Of a DNA stretch of 64,000 nucleotides, positions 40,601 to 52,600 are shown in pieces. The notes beneath the pieces were generated by a model. It searched no databases and was not told where the DNA came from. It was given only the letters and a program-made list of their open reading frames with translations. The stretch comes from Antedon mediterranea (Eukaryota; Animalia; Echinodermata), in assembly GCF_964355755.1 (NCBI RefSeq), contig NC_092680.1:1922001-1986000 (forward strand), in the 5' to 3' direction. Position numbers and translations under genes: made by a program. Within the stretch, counting starts at the first letter, position 1, and each line of letters opens with the position of its first letter.

Positions 40601-43600
40601 ATTGCCAAGGATAACCATAAGCAAATTTATTCACTATCCTTCTTAAATGTGGCAATCCTGTTCACAAGACAAACATATACATAATATGCTCTACATAAAC
40701 GAAGTCTTTGGGAGTGGAGTTGTAAATTGTCATTAAAAAAAATCCTGACATGTGACAGGACTTGAACCCAGGACCTTTGGATTGGTAGCATCATAACCAC
40801 CAAGTCACAACTCCACCCCCAGGGCACCATCCCACCTCTCAGGATCCACCTCTGCGGACTTAATTATAATAAGGAATGTACTATGTATTCATACCTGTAC
40901 ATAGTCTGCCTAGAGCATCTATCTGATATCCTTCATTACATCTACACTGGTAGTTGCCTTGCCTATCCTCACAAATACCATTAAGACACAGTAAATTGAA
41001 CAGCATACATTCATTCACATCTGAAGAAACGCATAAGAATATTAATATACATATGCTGTACTATAATGAATGTTTATGAGTTGAATGTTGGGAATATTTC
41101 ATTTTTAATTAAATATTGACTGCGCTATATAGACGGATACCTAACATTCATTATTTGTTCATAAAAACACACCTACCGCTAAAAATAAAGCTAGGCTTGA
41201 ACGGAGGAAACCCGAAAAATCATGGCAATAATAAATATTACTCACTTCTTCCTGTATTGTCTCTCCCACCGCCATGGCTACAAAGTTCATTAAACTCTGG
41301 TGTGTTTTGGCGAGGACAAGTCTCGCAGCCTAATCCCCAGCCACCTCCCGTCTCCACTACCACTGAGCTGCAACAACAGTGCGATCTTGTAACCTGGACT
41401 TGTGAGCGTACCGCACATTGTCGTTCGGCCGTGTTATGGTAACAATAATCTGTACGAGTTTCTAGAAACGGAAAAATTGATATGTAATTTCTGATGATTG
41501 ATTGATTTATTATTTTTCTTTTCATACTCATCATACATGCAAGCACAAACTCGCCAATTACAGGATGGATAAACTACTTTCTTTATCATGCTTATTAACT
41601 AAGTCTCATTTGAGGCTTAGGGAGTGGAGTTGAAAGAGTTGTGAGTTACAACCCTGGCACTAGGTTATGATTGAACCCTGGACCTTGGGATTGGAAGGCA
41701 AGCAGGTTAACCACCAAGCTACAGCTCCACTGCTATGTTAATATAATGTTTACCATGACAAGAACCATCAGGTTGTTCAGTAAATCCGTTTGAACACAAA
41801 CATCTGTAGCTACCAGGTGAGTTGATACAACGTCCACCAAGACATAGAGAAGGTTGTTCAGTACATTCATTAATATCTTTCAATAGAAAAAAGAAAAACA
41901 TTTTTTTTTAAAGTTTTATCTTAGTAGTATATCAGAAACTTTAAAATTCTTCTTAATACCTACTGTGCAATCGATTAATGAAGAATTGTTTGAAAATATC
42001 AAACAATAAAATTAACCTTTGACATGGGTTATTTCCAACAAGCAGTATTACTACATTTCATGATAATTGTATAAAGTTTTTGGTACACCACCTAAAAAAG
42101 TGAGATATGCAAAAATATGGTAGTGATACGCTTAAATATCAGGTCCATATATGGGCACATCACATATTTTTTGTCAAATAAAGATTGATAGTGTAGACAG
42201 AGCTTTACACACAGACTTGCACTGTTGTTCCTAGACAAGAGGCAGTAAATAGGGTACAATAGGATTCTTACCAACACAGACACCTTGAGAATTTCTAAAG
42301 CCTTCGTCACAAATACATTTGTAGCTTCCTTCCATGTTCACACATCTACCATTTCTGCACATACCTGTCTTGTCACATTCATCCATATCTGATAATGTAT
42401 TCAAATCAAAACAAATTGTAATACAGTAAATGGTAGTGGCTCTTAGTAAGTCAATTTAATGTCATTTGTAAACATATAAAAAACAAATAAATGATCAAAG
42501 ATAGTAACTTACCGATGCAGAATTTTTTATCATTAGAGAGAACATAGCCATCATCACACTGACAAGTGTGTGCCCCTGGTGTATTCATGCACACACCTCT
42601 CAAGCAAACATCAGGATTTTCAAGGCATTCATTACGATCTAAAAAAGAAATTAAAAGAATAAAAACTAACTCTGCTGCTGTCAGGTATATCAAAGCACGG
42701 TAGTCAAAGAAGCTAAAGTATAATAAGCTTTGTCTACACTATCAAACTTTATGCGATTTATCCATATATGGACATGATGATGTCATATCACTACCATAGT
42801 TGGTACATCACACTAACTAGTTTGATAGTGCAGATAGAGCTTTAAGAAAAAAACAAACTCATTTTAAAGAAAACAGAACATGCTGTTGCCACCAAAGAAC
42901 TACTCAGAATGTAAAGTTTTGCGAAAAATTAGCATGATTTGCACATAATTATCATCAAAAATCTTTTTTTATCTGAAAGGTCAGGAGTGTTTATTTGCCA
43001 GGTAAATTTCGGCTACTGAACCTCTGCTAAATCCAGTTGTCTAACTTCATTGAGAATAACTTTTTTTAAATCTTTTAAATTAAACAAATGCTAAATTTAA
43101 AAAAATAAGTTCTTCTTGCTCTATCTAGGCATAATTCTAAATATTTCACACTTTAGTTTATCATCACTTGAAGTTTAAATCAAATTATACTATGTAATTA
43201 ATATTTCAATAGACTTGGCACAAATATTGGATTGAACTAAATATCATCTATTTTTAATTGTTTGGCATTAAAGAATTACTTTCTGTATCATTGTTGCAGT
43301 TGAGTTCTGAATCTGTCAGTGGACTGATTGTGTATAAATAAACTGTTATTGAAAGAAGGTGTTTAGTAATTGTTTGTATCAAAATGGTTCATTTTTTATA
43401 AATGGACAGACAGGGAAAACAACATTCTTAAGCTCTGTCTATACTATCAAACTTTATGTGACAAACAAATGTGATGTGGCCATATATGGACATGATCATG
43501 TCATATTACTACCAAATTTGGGCATATCACTACCATATATGGTCACATTTTTGTCAAACTAGTTTGATAGTGTAGACAGAGCTTTAGAGGCTAGAACTGA

Positions 43601-46600
43601 TTCTGGTAGAACCACCCTTTTTCTGGGAATTAAGAATTGTAAAGCTGGTAGATAAATTTAGAGGGAAGTCAGGTGGTAAAATAGGAATGAATAAATAAAA
43701 TAATGTAAAATACTCCATATTTATATGAACTTACCTTCACAAATTTTTCTATTATTTGTCATTGGTTGGTAGCCAGGGTTGCAAGTGCAGGAGAAACTGC
43801 CCATTTCGTTGAAGCAAACACCATTGCGACAGTTTCGGGGATCCACACATTCATTTATATCTGAAGAGACATAATCAACAGTTACAAACAAATTCTTCAC
43901 TTCTGTTCCATGACTTTATCTGTATGAATTTTTAAAACATGTGGAGACAGAGGTCAGGAGTTAAAGGTCAAGAGTCAATCTTGAAGGGTTCTCAAAAATT
44001 ATTATAAGGAAATTAGTGGGCAAATTATGTATTTAATCATAGAAACATTTGTCCCCTCTTTTTTAACATTCTAAATCATTTTTTGATTCATAATTAGCAA
44101 GAAATAAAGTAAACATATAATAAGTACAATCAGAATATAAAAGTTGGTTACAAAACTTGATATTTAGTGCAGATGAATACAATAATAAATATAGCATAAC
44201 TTTTTTTTAAATACAGACATAAGATAATATGTATATTGATTATATAAAAATATAAAAAAAAATATAATTGTTTATTAGAAAGTTTTCAGCATGCAGAAGT
44301 TAATAGAATGAAACATCCATTGGGTTAAGGTTTACCCTTGCAAACTCATTATCATCATTGTTGTCATCATTTCTTTAAGCCCTGTCCACACTATCAAACT
44401 TTATGTGACAAAAACATTTGATGTGCCCATATATGGACATGATGATCTCAAAGCAATACCATATTTTAACACATCACACTTTTGTTGTCATACTAGTTTG
44501 ATAGTGTAGACAGAACTTTACTCTGTAATAGAAATAATTAGCACTAGTACTTTTAAGGTCATAGGTCATAATCATGAGATTTTACAAAGAGATAAACAAT
44601 ATTAAATGTAATGGAAGAAGTAATAACAAATTAGAATATAGGCCTAGTACAATAAACATGGGAAAACAAAAGCCCAGCAAAATGACATACAACAGAAATT
44701 TTAAAAAAATAAAAAATAAAACATAGTTTTTTCATAAAGTTTGCTTGCTTTTCATGGTATGAAATTATTTTCTTTTGGTAATTAAAAAAAATAACAATAT
44801 TGAACTTTATTTCTCAGTTTTTTCAGATTTTTGTGGATAATACCACAGAAAGCAAACAAATTCATATTAAGCAACACAAATAACAAATATTATATATGTT
44901 ATACTTAATTGATTAAATACAGTATAATTTATTTTACATTCTGCGGATGTGTAGTACATAACATAATAATATTGCACTTACAATAAGTTTGCCTGTAAAA
45001 CTTTGCTTTAAGCTCTGTCTACACTATCAAACTAGTTTGACAAAAAAAGTGATATTCCTAAATATGGTAGTGCTATGACATCATCATGTCCATATATGGT
45101 CACATCACATACAGTTTGATAGTGTAGACAGAGCTTTAGCTATTAAAGCACCCATATATTGTTATGTTATTGTTAGAAGCACATCTTAAAATACAAAGAA
45201 GTTGTGTTAATAAAGAGAGAAAGAAAAATAAAACATTTTGATTCATTAGAATTGTTAGCTAAATAATTCCAAAAGAAAATCTGCAAGTGAAATGAAAAAT
45301 AGATGAAAAAGTTAATGTTGATTATGTAGATATCTGCATGACGCATGATGCAACATCCCAGGCTCACCTATACACATGTTACCACTGAGTTCAAATCCTT
45401 CATCACACATACAACGATAGGAGTTTCCTGGTATGTTGATACACTGTCCATTTTGACAGATTCCATTGAAACGTGTACAGATGTCTATCCCAATAACTGG
45501 TCCTGGCGATACTTGTGCTGGTTGATCAGGTTTATATGGTGGACCGCGAGGTCCATCAGTTCCTGGGCCTCCAGGGACTCCAGGGACGCCTGGACCTCCA
45601 GGGCCGCCTGGACCTCCAGGGCCACCTGGAAGTCCAGGGATGCCATTGACAGGTGGAAAGCCACTAGGTCTTGGTCCAATGGGGTCTGTGACACAAAGAC
45701 TTTGGTATCCAACTATAAAAGACATACACAGCAAACACAAATATCAGTAAACTAATATCTACTAATGAACGAATAATTAAACTCACCTACACAAAATCGT
45801 TTTCCATTCAGTTGGAAACCATGGTAGCAGATGCACATAAATTTAGAATCCTCTAAATCATAGCACAATCCATTTTGACAAACGTCGGGGTATTGTTTAC
45901 AAATCTTAAACTCAGGTATATCAGGTGGGGGCCTAGGATCCTTACACAAACGATTGTAAGAGGCTGAAATGTCATTTGCAAGTTAAATGCTTTAAATATA
46001 CTATGAAAGCTCACTATATAAATCAGGACCACTGTTGAAAACTACTTATGTAAATAAAAAAAAAAAATCATTATTAATGCAATCATTATTAATGCAATTA
46101 CAGCAAAAATGAAATTCATTGAAGAATGATTGGAGCCATATACTATAAAGCATTGCATCATTTGACAAATATAAACGTGCAAATATACAAACCAATATTA
46201 ATATTTAAAACCTAAGAAATTAATCGAATGCCTGGGTTGGCATTTATCAATATTTGCTTATATTTAAGCAATTTGTATTAAACCGTCTTAGCAGAAAAAT
46301 TGTCTTAGGTAAATTTTACTTTGAGCATGCGTAAAATAAAACTCCAGAGGGCAGCAAATTATGTCCTAAAACGAAAAATCCTTGCTTACATAAATGGGTT
46401 ACACAAATCATCACCTCCATAAATAGGCCTACATACAAATAAGGCCAGTGGACTAACATTTACACAAAAAATGACCCACAAGAAGGTAGTACAATTGAGG
46501 CTAGGCAATCTAGCTAACCATGCTAAATTTCTGGATTTAATGGTGATGCGTCATCATAGTTACCAACTGCATTTCAAGGTGATTTTTAACGAAACACGCA

Positions 46601-49600
46601 CATGCGAGACCACATATTTGTCACGCATTTAGCAGAAGTATATGCGTGACATTTTTTTCACTATTTGAGTGGAATTTGTAGGACTCTGGCTCATATACTT
46701 TGTGTCCGCTTGGTAACTATGCATCTTGGGATGGTAAAAGTCAATTTATTTATTTTTCATTTATGAGTTACAATTTACCATCATGTTTGGCAATATGCCC
46801 ATCTGGAAATAAAATGGTAAGATGGCAAGGAGATGCCTTATAGTATAGCTAGACAAAGTTTGTATCTTTTAATTCATTTATTTAAATATGATACTAACTG
46901 GTTCCTCGCTGTGGGCAGCTGATGCAATCCAGTCTGTCACCCCATCCTCTTCCACTGTTAGTGCAACAGCAATCATAAATAGAATACAGTTGTGGTAATG
47001 GCGTGCTACAACGTCCTTCAGTATCGGATCTAGTATAACAATAATCTACCCGAGACACTGAAAAACAATTTAAATATTTTATGATATTTAAAAAATCTCC
47101 ATAAACTTTTAAAATCATAGCAATATGAATTCAGAATTTACCTGCATAAATGAAAATACAATCATAACAATAATAATTTGATCTGTATATTTCATGTTTC
47201 CACAACAATTCTTTTAAATATTATATAATATGCACAACTTATACTCTTTGGAATCCACACCAAGTGCCCAAATATGGTGGTTATATGCCTAAATATGGTA
47301 GTGATGACAACATCATGTCCATATGACACCTCACATTTTTTTGCCACAGATTTTGATAGTGTAGACAGCTTAAAGATGTATTGTCCTCCAAAAACATGAA
47401 AAATGAAGATTAATTAAATCAGACTTTGAATAGGTTATTGTGTAGTTTTAATCAAGTTAATCAATTGCGTAGAAAAAACCGGAAAAAATGATGTTTTCAC
47501 TTATAAAATAACAAAATAAATGGTAAAATTTAACTAAATTACAGTTTTTTCAGGTAAATATTTTTTTTTCTCGATCCAATTTTTGGTCAAAGTGGATAAC
47601 TATTATATGATATTAAAATGGCATATTCAACAAAAAAATTTAAAAAAACATTGTTTTCAGGGGGACAATACATCTTTAACAATGACTAGCAAATTTAAGC
47701 ACTTTTATAGAGCGCTGAAGGATACAAAACAGATATGAAAATCCAATGAGTAATAAAATATGATTTCTCAATTATTGACCTTTAACTCATCACCAACATT
47801 GATGGTGACAGATAACGAATAATAATGAACAACAGTACCATGATGAAAAATTAAAAACACACAGAGATGACACCATGATGACAGACTATAATGCCATTAC
47901 TAAACAAGATTGTAAAGTTCTGCCTACACTATCAAACTAGTTTGACAAAAAAAGTGATGCACCCACATATTGTGGTGATATGCTCAAGTATGGTAGTGAC
48001 ATGACATCATCCTGTCCATATATGGGAACATCACATTTTTGTCACAAAGTTTGATAGTGTAGACAGAGCTTAAGTTTGTTGTCTCCAATATTCCTGGTGA
48101 TGCTCATGGCATATGACTGTGTTATTAAAGATAGCAAAGGAGACTTTTATGGAATATACCATTAACTGGCAAATAGAGATAGAAATGAAAAGATAGCCCG
48201 ACATGAAAAAAATAGCAGACACAAGCACTTCAATTAACAATTTTTGGTCCTGGGACCCTATTTAAAAATCCTGGATCTGGAATTGGCCTGTGTTTTGGAG
48301 GGTACTTGTTCAATAAGTTGGGTTCACCTTGTTTAATCCATACTACCATGGTTGATCCAGCATTATAGATTAGTGAGGGGGGGGGGGCACCTAATGATTT
48401 TATAAATGATAAAAACGATCCGTCGGGTGGCAGAAAAATAAATTATTTATTTTTAAAAAGAGATGGCTGTTAAATGTTGGGGGGGGGGGGGGGTCGGGTA
48501 AAGCATGTTTAGCCCCCATCTAAATCCGTGCCTTACTGCTACTAATACATAAAGCAATGGGAAAAGAAGTAAAAAACTCACCAATACACTGATCTCCATT
48601 AGGACTAATAATATACCCATTTCGACATAAGCAACTAAAAGTGCCTTCTGCATTTATACATTGTCCATTTTGACATAGGCCAGGTTGAAGCAGGCATTCA
48701 TCAATATCTATAAGAAAGAAATTGATTTACATTATTTTATCAAATTTCTGCATATGGTCTTAAACAGCAATTTACAACTCCACTCTATTGCAAGATATTT
48801 TAGATTGGACATTAAAGTCATTAGTGTACAGCACAATATTAAAGAAACACCATTTAACGCTTCGTTCACAACATGAATGTTTTGTTTTTCTGCTATCCAT
48901 CAATATATGCGTAGCCGCGTGGAGGGTTGTGAAAACAAAACATTGACGTTTGATTTGATTTGCTGGCGCCGGATCAGAACCGTGCCGGCACAGGTGTGAA
49001 AGACCCTTAAGTATTGGTTAATCTGCAACTATGATCTGAGGTTGGCTTAACCAAGTTACACAAACAAGTATCTAATTGTTGGTGGACATTAAGGGCATAA
49101 TAAATGTACATAACGTATTATAACTTTAGAACTTATTCAAGTCATATATCTCTTTGACATTGCCTATAAAAAAAACAGAAAGAGTTTGTGTGCGCTGCAG
49201 TCACTAGCGTTAATGGCTATGAGCACTCACTGGCCAAACCCAGGGGCCAGATTTTTATGGGGGAACCTGGGCAGTGCCCAGAGAAAAAAAACCGGCATTA
49301 AAATAATGTCAAAAAGGGATAAAAACACCACCCGAGGTCTCCAACATTGGAGGGCCACTAGGGGTTCCTAAGCCAGGGGCCTCAGGTCTCTGCGTTACGC
49401 CACAGTGTGTGCAAAATGCGGAGTTTTGCTAGCGGTAATAATAATATACAGTGTATATATATATTATGTTATAATAATGTTACCTTCACATCGATTTGTA
49501 ATCGGGTTCACTTGATATCCCTGGACACATTGACATGTAAAAGAGCCTATTGTATTAACGCACTGACCATTCAGACATAGATTAGGTATAACTTGGCATT

Positions 49601-52600
49601 CATTTACATCTGAAAATAAAACATAAACATTTTCAATGTAATCTTTATATTTTTTTTTAAATGTTCTCGTATTTTTATGTATATTTGTAAAAATTAAATG
49701 TTTTCCTAAATGTAGTTTCTCTAAATAAAAGCTCTGTCTACACTATCAAACTCTATGTGACAAAAATGTGATGTGCCCATATATGGACATGATGATGTCA
49801 TATCACTACCATATTTTGGCATATCACCACCATATTTGGGCACTTTTTTTGTCTGACTAGTTCGATAGTGTAGACAGAGATTAATGTAATGATGATCACT
49901 GCCATATTTATCCACATCACATTTTGATAATATAGACAGCTTAACATGGTCTTATGAGACTTGGATAGTGGCACTATATTGGCCATACAGGAAGATCCAG
50001 GAATTGAACCAAGAACCCTGGGATTGGTAAAGAAGCATGTCTACCACCAAACCACAGTGCCACTTTCCTCAATGTATTTAAAATGCAATACAGTGTAATT
50101 TAATAAATACTCTTCCCAATATATTTCTTTAAATAAAATCACTTTAAGTTTACCAATGTTATTCAAAACTTGAATATTCAATCGAGAATATTGTTTTTAA
50201 CCTAAAGTGCAGTAAACCAGAACAAAATGTAAAATACCTACATATTACAATACCAATGAACCACAGAGCTGCATTTTTTTTTTTAATCTATTTTAAGTTA
50301 CATTTTTTATTTCTCATTTGAGAATAAACTCTATTCTAAATAGACAACCAGTCTACATTTTTATGCAAAATCAGTATAAACAAATCATGTATCTATGGTA
50401 ACAACAAATAATTACTTTGTCAGATGATATTGTTATATTATTTTGAATATGGAAACGCTATAATGTAAAATAGTAAAGTTAATAAAAAAATAATTTATGA
50501 ATTATTGAGGTCTTGAACTATATAAATACTTTATATGAATACTCAAGTGATTAAGTAATGCTGTTTGTCATTTGTCAGAGTTTCTAGATTAAGACTACTG
50601 CCTCTAAGATGTTTCTATTAGCATTAAAGCTCTGTCCACACTATCAAACTTTATCTATCAACAAAATGTGATGTGCCTATATATGGACATGATGATGTCA
50701 TATCACTACCATATTTGGGAATATCACTACCATGTATAGGCAAATCATACTTTTTTTGTCAACTAGTTTGATAGTGTAGACAGAGCTTTAGACATGTAAT
50801 GACATATTCAAGTAAAAATTTAAAATATGATATCCTTCCTTCATACAATTAAAATATTATTCCAAAAATAAAACAATTTCTATATAATATAAATACATAC
50901 TTCATAGCTGACATGGTGTACTTACCTATACACTGCTGAGTAGCTCTGTCAAGTATATATCCTTTAGCACACGGCGCTGATTGGGTAGAACATTGCTGAC
51001 ACGGACTGCCCCAAGCTTGACCAACGGTTGCACAGCATAGCGCCATTGTACAGCGCAGATTAGTAAGTAAATCCGTGCACTGGTTCGGACCAATATATGT
51101 TTTATAACAAGGACCAGTCCTATAATCTAAAACATGAAGGAATAAAAGAATTTATAGATAGATTATAAAACTATTTTAGTGATTTATAAAACTAAAGCTC
51201 TGTCTACACTATCAGTCTATATAGTTTGAACAAAAAGTGTGATGTGCCCAAATATGGTAGTAATATGACATCATCATGTTCATGGGCACATTACATTGTT
51301 GTCACATTAAGGTTGATAGTGTAGACACAACTTTAGTTGCAATGTGATATATTATAAATTTTTTATTTTCAATATCATTACATTATTGACTTAATTATCA
51401 TTTTTTCACAAATACCAATATCTTTAACAATATTTAATAATAATAACTATATATTAAAATATTTTTTTTAAAAACAAGTAAATTGTCACTAGGACCTAAT
51501 ATTTAATAATAATATCTTAATTTCATCTCCGAACATTAACTCCTTCCAGAAGCTATGGTACGTAAAACATGCGATTCTGTTTACATTTATTGCAACTCAT
51601 TTCAAGCTTGTGAAAATAGACAAGTTTTGAAGCTGATTAACCTGTCACTATATCTGTTACCGACGCACACGCTTTGTGACCCCGGATACCAATGACCTAT
51701 TAACACTAAATGTAGTAAAGAATGGTAGTCTGTGATTAGTATTAGATACTGTGTATATGGTATGACAGGCATAGGGGAAGTAGATGACATAAGATGAACA
51801 TATTGATTGCCTACAGGTATTAATGTTCAATTTGTTTTATTTCTCAATAAAAATGAAATCTTTGTTGCCATAAATTTATTAAATATACAAGGGTAAATTG
51901 TTATCAAAATCCCATATATAGTAGGCCTATATCCTCGGGTATAATCCTACATCTTGTTTAATCCCACCCCCAACTTTATGTCTGATTTCACAAACAGGCA
52001 TATCCCTGGGTATAGTCCCAGTTTTGACTTTTGGTCTGGATGTCTCTCTAGCCAGTTCAGATGAGTTTTTACTTGGGGTACCTGAGTCTAGGACTCTCAT
52101 CTTCTCCTCTTCCATCCGACAATAGTATTAGTATTTGATCCTTAATAAAACCTCTGCATATAACATAACCCAAGTACATAACCCAATGAAAAAAAAATTT
52201 AAATGTTTTCTTTCATGTTTTTTTTTTCTTTTGAGCTTTCCCTCCTTTATAACAAATGTTTATAAATGGAAATAAAGAAAGAAAGAAGACGACTTCACAA
52301 AATTCTCTCTGAATCCCCCAAACAAACTTTAAGGTCATCCTGAGTGTCATTTCTTTCACATTCAGTTCTTCCTCAGCAAAAAGTTATAGAAGTCAGTGAT
52401 TGATTTGTGTCTTGGCATAGTTGGTCAACTTTGTACTGAGAAGTGATGTTTAATTCCCCAAATGAAAACAAATCATTAGCATCCACGAATTTGCCATCAA
52501 GAATAGTTATCATAATATACTATAATGCGAAACTGTTCTATTTAGTGCTCTAAAGGCTGTGTGCTATGAGTTTAAATTGAAGCTATTGATATGTAGCATG

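Noticed and set aside
45540-45650. Collagen-like Gly-X-Y run
   Set aside because: Short PGG/PGV stretch inside the fibrillin hinge exon; not a separate collagen gene.
52300-52513. Minus-strand frame with an in-frame TGA after Cys (possible selenocysteine)
   Set aside because: No recognisable selenoprotein similarity or SECIS; chance is likelier.
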